From: Anthoceros angustus
Taxonomy: Eukaryota; Plantae; Anthocerotophyta
Length of the DNA stretch: 64,000 nucleotides
Direction: 5' to 3'
Assembly (NCBI GenBank): GCA_010909165.1
Contig: VJWM01000151.1
Location: 124,001 to 188,000, forward strand
Below, piece by piece: positions 52,901 through 64,000 of the stretch (position 1 is the first letter of the stretch; each line of letters opens with the position of its first letter). Made by a program: the position numbers and the translations under genes. The notes beneath the pieces were generated by a model that was not told the DNA's origin, did no database searches, and worked only from the letters and a program-made list of their open reading frames with translations.

Positions 52901-55342
52901 CGACAATCGGCTCCATGTCATCATATCATTTGTGCCATGCTATGAGAAACCTAACTTTTGGCTGCATCGGCTGGAAATGACAATAAGAACCTAATTTGAC
53001 GTGCATTTTTAGTTGTCCATATTTTACCGCCACTCCGACTATGTTCCTACCTTAGACTCAAACTTTGTTCACTTTGTTGAGGCACTTTAGTTTTTCATGC
53101 GTCGAAAAGGAAATAGAATAGTATTATATTATTTTTTATTTCTACAATTATTTAGCTATGGAATTCCAGAAACTGTGAATCAATTTATGTAAAATTCAAA
53201 GTAAAAAAAAAAGGTAAAGATACATTCGTGAAAAATCTGGACAAAAATAGAGAGAACGTGGAGACTTTATAAATATGCAAGAGATAGGAAGTCCCCATCT
53301 ACACCGGGGTGATGGAAGAACTCTCTACAGACCTCAGGCCAAAGGGGACTAGCCCCCCGTTGTCAACCTCGATTTAAGGGGACAAATAAGCAATGAAAGA
53401 TACAACAAGATAATTTCTTTCAGGATTACATTGTCCGTGGACTAAAAAAGATTTCTTTTTCAAGAATCGCTATTTGATTTATCTATGTTGTAAGAATCGG
53501 TTTTTGTATCTAAATTCTAGTATACTTATTTAGACTTTTGTCAAGTAGATCATTTCTAGATGATGAACAAACATGAAAAATTTTGAACACCCCAAAATGG
53601 AAGTTGGTCCTTCTAGGCTTCATGTCCTCATGGGGTTGACAATTTCATCTTGAAACACAATTCTCCATCCATTGTAAATTATCTTTATTGCGGATAAGGT
53701 AATGTACACAACTCCTATCATCTTTTCCGTCTTTTCGATTTCTTAACTGTACAAAAATGTAAATATATAAAGTCGCCAATTCCAAACACTTCCATTGACT
53801 AGGTGGAACAAAGCGTGCAAATAGGCTTTGTATTGCAAAGTCCTCGTGATTAAACTTTCCCACTTGAGCGCTTGTTGGTTACGCTTGTAGATGGCGATAG
53901 AAAACTTCTTACCCTTCTTTTACCATCCATACCATAAAAGTGTCCATTGTGGGCAACAAATCCAATTTCCGTACTTCACCATATGGATGTAAATTTAAAG
54001 GCTCAAGAGGGTTTCCACTCATAAAGGTTTGGACTTGTAATTATCTCATTATCAAATGACACCAGCTCAAATAATACATCATAATTGTCGTCTACAACAT
54101 GTGCAATCAAAGTAATATTAACTCCGAATCTCGATAGCACAGCACTTACCGATTAAGTGAACATGTCACCTATGTTTCTTTTTGGTTGAATTCTTGAACC
54201 GTCCATTGACCTATGGCTAAAGAATATACATATAAATGAAACATGTCACGTGAATCATCGTCCAGCTCATGCGCTAGAAATAATAAAAATGATCACTTTC
54301 CTCCTCATCAACAACTAGCACTAGCTTCTCGAGTGGTGGAAGCCGGGTCCCAAATATCCGAATCTAAATCTAAATGCGAATATGAATTTCATCCATATAT
54401 AAGGTGTCGACATACTAGTTCAACTTTGAAATCGTATCCCATATCACTTCTCGCCTAACCTTTGAAAAGATATTGATAATACAAATCGCATCACCCAACT
54501 ATTTGGATCCTTCGATGATTTTGTTTCCTTCATAATGTATTTACGTTGCCGATATCAACTTCCAACGCTGCAAATATCCATCATTGTTGTCCATTAACTA
54601 GTTTAGGTACTCGGTGGAAATAAATGAAAGTAAAATCTTGCTTGGTAGGCCTCGTTGCATTGCGGCACACAAATTAGCAATACTTTCATCATTCGCGGTA
54701 CACTTGAAGATAACCTTGAGTTATTCATGGAGTGAGCGTGCAACGAAAAAGTTTGGGTAATTTTTCCGGTTCTGAAATATGGAAATGGTGTAGACCAATT
54801 ACATTAGGTAATTACATTATAATAAATATGTTCATAAGAATGAATGATAGAATAACCAAGAAAGGCTAGACTTAATCTAAGTGAAAAGACATAACTCTTC
54901 ATAAAGGGCGAACCCTAATGAAAGGGTAAGCCAATTTGAAATCTATATACACACCACATATATCTAGGTAATATCGAACCCTAATGAGTCAACACCTATT
55001 CAATACTCCCACTTGTTGATCATTACGTGAACATGTCACCTATGTTTCTTCTTGAGCCTTGTGGAGACCCACGTTGAGCTCAAGTGTGTGTGTAGATTGA
55101 TACCAGTAACTACCTATAAGAGCGTAATGGAGCCTCTATGTGAAGGCGATTCTTGTTGTGTGTGCCATAAGCATAATAGCTTGTTTTTACGTCCCGGCCT
55201 TCATTCACACGATTCTCGGAGTGTGATCGAAGCTCCTAGACACGGCTGTCTTCGCCTTCTCGTGGTCTCGCGACCTTTTCACCCAAGCGCCTGCGGTCTA
55301 CTGTGAGGATTCTCAGGGCGTGTTTTGCTTCGCAGAACGACC

Positions 55343-57113
55343 GCCTCCTTAGTATGTAGAGGGCCTCCACCACGCAATTTGTTCGCCTCCAAACACCTTG
55401 AACTACTTTGTCTAGTCCTAGCTTATAGAGGATTCCTTTCCTCGATAATATGGTGCCGCCTTATGCACGAATCTGACTTTTCCTTCTCGTGATAATCCGG
55501 GTATCCGGTCCCTAGTTGCGCCCCATCTCGATGTGCGCCACGTGTCCTCCTCGATGATCCCGATCATCAAATCTCATCTTCTATATTATAACCGACATGT
55601 ATATATAGCCCTCTGCGTGACATTCGAGAAATTGAACCCCTCCTCCCCGCCTCAATTCCAAGGAAGTTATCCTCCTTGGCTCATGAAATGCATGGCTCTA
55701 TCTCATATCCTTTTCTACCATGGTCTCGAACTTTCTACGAAACCCCAAAGGCCAAGGACTTCCTACCCGCTTGGATATTTATAGTGAAGTCCAAGGAACT
55801 TTGTTTCTCGGATGTCATAATAGACCCCTAATTCCCCTATATATGTGTATCAAATGGGTTTTCTAACATATCCTACTCTGCCTCCTTTCTATTAACGGCT
55901 AAGTCTAGGACATCCTGTTCTCTCAATTAACCAAGTCTGGACCACCCACGGACGTCCTGAGCACTTACCTACTATCTACCTTCCTGCTCAAACTCGATTC
56001 CGCTGGCGACGCCTACAAATCCTACTTCCTACCCGAATTGTAGTCATCCTCCCTTCATCCATCTGCAAAAACTTCCTACGAACCTTCTCCCTTGGTCCCC
56101 AAATTGTCTCGTGTTTTGCCAAAACTTAGCTGACCTTTTCCGTTCCACAAACTTTTAAAAGCTTGTTTGAAAAGTTTGACAAAGTCTTCTTTGTCCTCTT
56201 GAAACCGTAGAATCAAGTTATATCTTTTACGCTTATGATGACCTTAAACAATTCCAATCACTTGGAGATACAAGTCACAAGAACCGTGGTGCTTCAACAT
56301 CTGGCCGGAGGTGGCCGCTAGGGAAGGCCAAGGCACAACAAGAGTCAGGCTTGAGGAGCGACGCCAGTAGCTACGTTGCCGATATCAGTGAGGGGCCGAG
56401 GCCCCAACACCCACACCCAGTGGGAGCTCCACCGCCGCCTGTACCTCCACACAGAAGCCAATCTTCACCGTAACTGCTTTGATGTACGCAGATGCGAACG
56501 TGGTGAGTTCCACTATGCCTTATGCACGAATCTGACTTTTCCTTCTCGTGATAATCCGGGTATCCGGTCCCTAGTTGCGCCCCATCTCGATGTGCGCCAC
56601 GTGTCCTCCTCGATGATCCCGATCATCAAATCTCATCTTCTATATTATAACCGACATGTATATATAGCCCTCTGCGTGACATTCGAGAAATTGAACCCCT
56701 CCTCCCCGCCTCAATTCCAAGGAAGTTATCCTCCTTGGCTCATGAAATGCATGGCTCTATCTCATATCCTTTTCTACCATGGTCTCGAACTTTCTACCGA
56801 AACCCCAAAGGCCAAGGACTTCCTACCCGCTTGGATATTTATAGTGAAGTCCAAGGAACTTTGTTTCTCGGATGTCATAATAGACCCCTAATTCCCCTAT
56901 ATATGCGTATCAAATGGGTTTTCTAACATATCCTACTCTGCCTCCTTTCTATTAACGGCTAAGTCTAGGACATCCTGTTCTCTCAATTAACCAAGTCTGG
57001 ACCACCCACGGACGTCCTGAGCACTTACCTACTATCTACCTTCCTGCTCAAACTCGATTCCGCTGGCGACGCCTACAAATCCTACTTCCTACCCGAATTG
57101 TAGTCATCCTCCC
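55343..57113. repeat. Two detached fragments of the array gypsy segment (55343-56283 and 56514-57113)
   Basis: Both match unit 1 at about 15120-16090. They are flanked and separated by non-array sequence. Confidence 0.88.
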
Positions 57114-57599
57114 CGCGCCCAAAGTTTCCCAAGCCCAAAGGTGTTATGTCCGAGACTAGAATTGTAACCCTCCGCCGTCGCTCGAAGTCCTGTTCTGCTG
57201 TGCCTCTTCGGGCTTAAGATGGTCCGTGCGCATCCGCACTGCCTGCACTTTGAAGACCATGTAATCAGATTTTGAAGTCCTCTTGTAGTGATGTGATCCG
57301 CTACATTTCCGGGTTTATACTAACTTCCTAAAGCCCCAGACGCTTTGCGCCATGTATCCCGGCCTTACCGATGGTAGCTCCCACTTGCTCGGGCCTCCTT
57401 GTAGGATCCGAGGATCGCTTGGATGAGGAAGAGAGCCTCGAGACGAAGAAAGAGTTTCATTCCAGAGAGAGAAAGAAGAGGAACTCCTCGCCCGGTGGAG
57501 AGGTCTTCGTCCAACTGGCGCTACGCTTCATGGGAGAAGATCTGGACTCCTCAACTGTAAGTAGGAGGTCTCTTAATAGCTTTTCACACTGTGACCATG

Positions 57600-60500
57600 G
57601 TTAATGCTTGATTGCTGTACCTGCACAAGCTGGGTTAGGTTAATTTTTCTGTGGCCGGGTAGCCCTCATGGCTGCCCATGCCCAAACTTTCATATGCTTG
57701 TTGTGTGTCCCTACCGAGGGCCTTTGTGAACAACTGTGGTTGTCTCAAGTTGGTATGTATTCGCATAATTTGGCACTTTGATAAGATCCCTTATGAAATG
57801 GTATTCCACTTCCACGTGCTTAGTCTAGTGAAAACGGTTTTGGCCTTCATGGACCCTTGGTTGTCTTCGATGGTTGTGCAAGTAGGAGGAAGTCCCACCT
57901 CCTTAAACATTAGCTTGCACCAAGCTATTTCTTCTCATAGTACCGATATTCCCTCTGGAGGTTGCAATGTAGGTTGCTTTTTGTGACCCCTATAGGCCAC
58001 CACCATGACAACATGCATCTGACCTCCTGTCTATATCGCACATGGTCATGTCATCGATCAAGCATACCCTGTAACACTCCAATGTTTGATGTCCCTTGAG
58101 ATATCTAACAACCCTCTTGACCCATCATGTGTTTGTCCTTCTCGAGGTATTGAGAAAGAACACTCTAGTATAGGCCACATCGTGGGTTGTATTAGCGGCA
58201 TAGATAAGTTTACCAACACCCTTCCCTTGAGATATCTAACAACCCTCTTGACCCATCATGTGTTTGTCCTTCTCGAGGTATTGAGAAAGAACACTCTAGT
58301 ATAGGCCACATCATCTTGTATTAGCGGCATAGATAAGTTTACCAACACCCTTCCTCGATCTCATTTCATCTATGTCCTTTTGCTTTGACACACATGGATC
58401 CTAAACTTGTCAAGGTAATGGAGTATACCTTTGCATCCTTCAAGCCAACTCCTCTAAGTATCTATCATGTAGAGATATAGTTCTGTTTTCTATCTCTCGA
58501 ATGAGGATTCCCGACAACTCAATCCAAGATTTGTCATTTCAAATTTGGTGTCAACTTGTTGATCTTAGTAATGAATGTAAATTGAGGATAAAATCAGTCA
58601 TCGACATATCTTGATAGCACACCACATCAATCTATAGACATATTTTTTCAGACACATTTGATGAAACCAAGTGACTCTTCATCAAGGCGCATTCCACTCT
58701 AAAGTCGAGGCCATAAAGTGTTTTGATTAGGCGTACATGATCCTCTTGCCTTTCACTTCATATCCTGCAGTTCATGTGATTTATCTAGCTTGCCATGTAA
58801 GAACTTTTAACATCGAACATGTCTAACTCATAGTCACGATGTCTTGAAATTGTCAAAAGTGGCACTTCATCACGGAGCATATGTTTCATAATCGCCTATT
58901 TGAAAACAGCTTCGATCGTGCCTTATAAGAGGATCCATCTTTCACCTTCAATTTGAATACCCATTTACAAGATACCACCTTCCGAGGTAAGATTCCCATG
59001 TCCCATTTTTGATGAGTGAATCATACTCGGATTGTATAGCCTTTTCCACTCGGTGAAATGAAGAAGAAGATTATGTAGAAGAAGATTATGTAGAAGAAGA
59101 TGATGATGAGGGAATATTTCTAAAGAAGATGAAGAAGAAGATTATGTAGGATGAAGAAGGAAACTACTACAAGGAAAATGAAGAAGAAATCGATTATAAC
59201 GACAAGCATATTTTTAGTGAAGAACAAGAAGAAGAAGATTATGTAGAAGAAGATGAAGAAGAAGAAGATTATGTAGAAGAAGATTCTACATTTTACTCAA
59301 GACGAATATGAGGAGGACATTTCTACTCAAGAGGAAGAGGAAAAACATTGTTTATGTGATCAGAATGTTCTGTGATCGAGTCAGTCGTTGTTCTTGAGGA
59401 GAAGAGTTGAAAAAATGGTGACGTCTGGGGAGATAGGTAAACCTCCTCGAGGTGGACATGTGAAGTCTTTTTCATCAAATGATGAAGAAAAGAATATAAG
59501 ATTAATGCGAAATTAGGCTTTAATTCCTCGATGTATCCTAGCATGAGGAGCTTTTGGGCTGTCAAACTTGGATCTCTTTGTTAGGGATGAATGCATAGGC
59601 AATGCATAAGAAGATGTAGAATATGGTTTCGCCATAAGCTTCATAAGGAAGCCATTTATGTAGGCAACCTATTGCGAGATATGTCATAAGGGCTTAGATG
59701 AGGATAGTAGGAGGCTTGATGAAGCATGGATGAAATCATCTAAAGTCGTTCAAGCTCGGACAGTACATTTTTATAAACACAGAAGTTATGCCTATCCTCA
59801 TCGCAATAGGCTTGGAACTAGAGGAATGAATTTCATTGTCGAGCAGTCTTCAAGTCATATCTTTAAAAGCAATAGTCTTTGAGGAAAAACATTTTTTGCT
59901 TTAAGGATATAAGCAATGACAAATCTTGTCTTGTGTCATGAATGTGAAATATCACCACCTATAGAGGCTAAGGGCCCATGTATGTGTACAAGCTCAAGGA
60001 TTTGGAGGCACATGAGGAGCTTTTGGGCTTAGATTCTTGGATCTCTTTGTTAGGGATGAATGCATAGGATGATGAAGAAGAAGATGTAGAATATTTTGCT
60101 GAAGAGGGAATAACTATAAGGAAAATGAATATGAGGAGAACTTAGATATTTTTATAGAGGCAACCTATTGCGAATAATGATGATAAGAATTAGAGGATAG
60201 TGGCGAAGATGAAGCATGGATGAAATCATCTCACAAAGTCTTCAAGCGCTCCAAAACATGCTGTGTAAACAAGTAAGTTTGGACATTCATCCACGATAGG
60301 CTTGGAATCCTAGATGTGAATTCATTGTCGAGCACAGTCTTCATTTGTTTCTGTACATCTTTGAAAGGAATAGTCTTTAGAAACATTCACTTTTGCTTTA
60401 AGGATATAAGCAATGACAAATCTTGTCTTATCAAATGTAGAAAATGAATATGAAGGGCATATGGTGTACAAGCTCAAGGATTTGAGAAGAGGAGCTTTGT

Positions 60501-61690
60501 TCTTGAAGGCTGATGGCGTTTGGGCTAGCTTCACAGGTAATGGCAAGCTGATTTTCATCATTTACAGTCACTTGGTGCTCAAAGCATGAGGGTGACCTAA
60601 GCTTGCCATAACTTGCCTTTTCTTCACCGCTTGTACCGTCGCACGGGAAGATAAATTGGCTTTGGCATGACTAAGGTGAGTGTCTTGGTGAAGAGGTCAT
60701 GGTCCGATGACCCATAAGCTAATCGATGATCAAAAGCATCTATAATCCTACATTAAATGAATAAGATATGAGTATTATTATCCATGTTCAACTTCCTAGA
60801 TTAGATTCCTTGTCATTTTAAATGGTACGCTGTGAGGAGAAGTGTAATGGAAGGGCTGGAAACCTCACATCCTTGACACGAGACACTTATCTCCACCTAA
60901 AACAAAGCGATCTTTGACTAGTTGTATGGCAATAATTTCTATATATCAAATTTTATATTTTTGTATCGAACCACTACTGTAGGTTTCCTTGTGTATTTGA
61001 TAGACAATTAGGGTTAAAGAGGGTGAATAAACTTCTGCCCTATTAGGTGAAGGAGCCTTGTTTGTCACCACAACATGTATGCGAGAAGGGAGTTAGCCTC
61101 CTTAGGTACTCCAGCTTACGACACTCGTTCTCCCAATGACACAATTTGGCACGATGCACTCTTCTTGGCTCCTAGTAGCTTTTGAGGCGTAGCACCAGAT
61201 ATTGTATTTAGGTTGGGCTTGCTTTCCTTTGTTGTTGGTGTATAAGGTGCGCTTGACCTTGTTGATCCTCTTGTAGCTTCCTCCGGAGAGAGCTCCCTTC
61301 TCGAAATGTCGTTTGGGGCAATGTGACATTTGCAGCCTTTGCAATCTTCTTTCCTTGAAGTTGTGAGGCATTATAAGATGTCACAAAGTGTGACCACGAG
61401 TCGGTAGGGACATTACAAAATATGAGCATGTCTTGTTGGTTCTGTGTTGCACTCGATTGGACACCAAAGATCTAAAGTATCCAAGGTGTTTCTCGATTGT
61501 ATCCCCATCTCTCATTTTGCGTTTGAAGATTGCGGATTCGCCATCGACATGTTGTGTTAACTGAGCATCCGTTAAAGATATCTCAAACGGTTTTGTGTTT
61601 CTTAACATCAGGTTAGACCACTCCTGATGTCTTCACTCATCCTTGAGTGTCCAAGTATCCGCAACTCTTTGAGAATAAATCAATGCATAT
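57600..61690 (-). mobile_element. Decayed Ty1/copia retrotransposon (gag-integrase-RT-RNase H)
   Basis: Minus strand: gag KRKMRDGDTIEKHLGYFRSLV (about 61500); Zn-knuckle-like IWCYA (about 61190); integrase QILELVH...SKSECF (about 60480 and about 60000); RT AIQSEYDSLIKNGTWE, GDYETYAP and FLHGKL (58800-59045); VGKLIYA...VKRVVRYLKG (about 58100-58350). This is the copia domain order. No LTRs identified. Confidence 0.85.
58092..58354. repeat. 131-bp tandem duplication inside the copia RT
   Basis: tcccttgagatatctaacaaccctc... at 58092 and 58223. Confidence 0.93.
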
Positions 61691-61899
61691 ATATTTTATC
61701 TTCACCCTTCACCACTCTCCAAATTATGTTGCAATTCACTTCATGACCCATATTGTAGTCTAAAAATGTCCTTTCCTTGAATACATCAATAAAATTGTTT
61801 TCATGTCTAGGACGAGTCCTTCAAAAGTTAGGAGCTTATTTTTTGTAATGCACTATCGACCTATCCTGCATCACTGATGATTCAACAATGAGTTGGGTA

Positions 61900-62640
61900 A
61901 GATGCTATTGTCGCATCTAGGTATGTCAATGAAATACAAAAGGGTTAGGTCGAAATCACCAAAGATAATGCATATTGACTCTTTCAATTTTCTACATTTC
62001 CTACTATCTATTGAAAGCGTATTAGAACAAGATGGGCACGATTTGAGTATTAAACATGTGAAAACTATCTTTTTGCTTGCTTTCTTACATATTAGATTGC
62101 TTTGCAAATGCACAACAAAATAAGTAGTTTAAAATAGTGCTCTATCTTTCTATAATGTCCTAACACTAGATCTGAAGCAAGCTGATTGAAATCTCAAGAC
62201 ATCAATGATCAATCCTCATCAATCAATTGTGTAACACTTGTGTGGTGTGACATGTGGTTAAAACTCATGACCATTGCCATCAAATCTTTTCACCATTTCG
62301 ATTGATTAATTTCTAGGTAAATGCAATAATTAAATAGGTTTCAATTATAGTATTGAAAGACTCTAATTCCAAAACAAGTATAGGTTGATCTTTTGTAATC
62401 ATCCATTCTTGGGTGAGTTGATGGAAATTCCCACATTGTGCTTTTACTTGCCTTCCCGCTTGGCGTGGAACTCTTCCGCCATTCTTTACCATCCATAGAT
62501 TAGCCATGTGGCAACATTTTATGTTTTCCAATGCTTCAAGAAGCATATTGTAATTTCTATATGTTTTTATAAAGAATTTTTGCCTCTTTACATTATTATG
62601 ACATATCAATAAAGAATTTTCCGCTCTCTAAGTAATACTT
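61900..62640 (-). pseudogene. More distant paralogue of the F-box-C-terminal-like segment
   Basis: ttttaccatccata, ttcccac and gcaatgaaa(g)atacaa blocks are collinear with the array segment. Peptide LWMVKNGG...KAQCGNF compares with array VWMVKEG...QAQVGKF. Confidence 0.45.
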
Positions 62641-63009
62641 AAGCAAATTTCTAAATAAAGTCAAGAAAGCAAATCACCTATGTTTCTTTTTGGTTGAAAT
62701 TTTCTATCCATTAGAAGCTATTTTATCAAGAAACAACATAAAAATGTCATGCACATCTACATATGCAATAATAAAAATGATCACTTTCCTCCTCATCAAC
62801 AACTACATACCATTACGAAATATGGAAATGGTGTAGACCAATTACATTATAATTACATTATAATAAATATGTTCATAAGAATGAATGATGAATACTACTT
62901 TCTAACTTTGAAAGACATAACTCTTCATAAGCTAACCTTTGAAAAGATATTGATAATCTATATACACACCACATATATCTAGGTAATATCGACCTAATGA
63001 GTCAACACC

Positions 63010-64000
63010 TATTATTAATAGTTTAGGTACTTGAAATAAATGAAAGTAAAATCTTGCTTGGTAGGCCTCGTTGCATTCACACACAAATTAGCAATACTTT
63101 CATCATTCGCGGTACACTTGAAGATAACCTTGAGTTATTCATGGAGTGTGCAACGCAAAAGTTTGGGTCCCTTTGTCATTTTGATCCGATTCGGTTCATT
63201 TTGGTTCAATCTTTATTCAAAGTGATCGGTGAGTAAGTGAGTGTTTCTTCTTGAGCCATCCAGAAAGTTAGGGACAAGGGTAGGAATTTGGAAGTTTCTC
63301 AAGCCTAGATAGATGAGCGGGTAGGGTAGAATCTTGCCCCATAGACTATATGTGCAAAGGGAATTAGTGATTGATTTGGAACCCCTAGTTTAAGTAGCAT
63401 AAAATAGGAATGTATGTTTCGGAGCGTGCTTAAAGGCGGCCGCTTGGAAGTTCTGGGCACATAGTTGGAAGGAGCTAGGAGCTGCAAGGAGTGTCTTTGG
63501 AAGTAGCACGGGCTAATTGTAAGGCATGCAAGTTGGAAGAGGGCGGCGTTGTCGTGGGTGTGCGAGGCAAGAGCTCAACTTTTGGAGCTAAGGTGTGGAG
63601 AAGCCAAGATAGAGTCATCACGGAAGTTGGGATTTTGGGAGAAATTTGTGCCTTGTGAGCCGTGAGGCCATGAACTGGAGCTTGTGATTAGTGGAACTTA
63701 GGAGGTGATGACCTTGCAATGTGAGAAGTGGAGTCTGGTTGTGGGCTACGAAGGGTGTGAATTGTGAAGAAGGCAAGCCTTTGCCTTTTGCTCGCACAAC
63801 CAAGCTGGCGGAATTGACATGATTACGAGGTGTGGTCTGCAAATGCTAGGAGGGGCCTAGGTCTTGTTTGGCAAGCACGCTTATGTGAGCTTTGGGGATC
63901 CGGCAACATGGTGAAGGAATCGCGATGGGGATTCACTTGAGGAAGGCGAAATTTGTATTTGGGCTGCAAGCAAATGTGAAAGGGGCCATCGTGGTGGCCG
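63010..64000. repeat. Start of a further array unit running off the window
   Basis: From tagtttaggtact...gaaataaatgaaag onward, collinear with 13712-14710. Confidence 0.93.

Larger units (their letters stand above)
13647..54757. repeat. Head-to-tail macrosatellite-like array of a composite unit of about 6.6 kb (five long units, one deleted unit, one stub)
   Basis: The marker tgtatttacg recurs at 13647, 20278, 29539, 37320, 39015, 46923 and 54536, with the same segment order in each unit. Unit 1 is 6631 bp. Longer units are explained by internal duplications. Confidence 0.95.

Noticed and set aside
54908-54985. Telo-box-like aaccctaa motifs (two)
   Set aside because: Isolated, with no telomeric array and no adjacent gene, and in a region of doubtful assembly.

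Overview
Eukaryotic, plant-type genomic DNA. Short GT-AG introns of about 70-130 nt and the gene content fit a non-seed land plant, but this is inference only. The window has three zones. (1) 1-13.6 kb is mostly single-copy. It holds one intact 6-exon secreted SMP-30/gluconolactonase-family gene, same-strand broken gene pieces (L-type lectin receptor kinase, actin capping protein beta, RFC1, an F-box N-terminus), and two paralogues of an unrecognised, very acidic ORF. (2) 13.65-54.76 kb is a head-to-tail array of a composite unit of about 6.6 kb, with units starting near 13647, 20278, 29539, 37320, 39015, 46923 and 54536. Each unit carries a Ty3/gypsy integrase Zn-finger remnant (-), the acidic ORF with a hypervariable (GAA)n-GATTATGTA repeat (+), an unexplained segment, and an F-box-family C-terminal-domain-like region (-). 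All the internal duplications and deletions I could trace sit on short microhomologies. (3) 54.76-64 kb is a mosaic of array fragments, a decayed Ty1/copia element (-), and stretches where two unrelated sequences alternate every few tens of bases. Copy-specific indels cluster at CG/CHG sites and homopolymers, and the right end is chimeric. Part of the array's fine structure is therefore probably unpolished long-read or consensus artefact, and every claim about the array needs checking against raw reads. The best candidate for something undescribed is the amplified acidic-ORF module. No rRNA, tRNA or CRISPR array was found.
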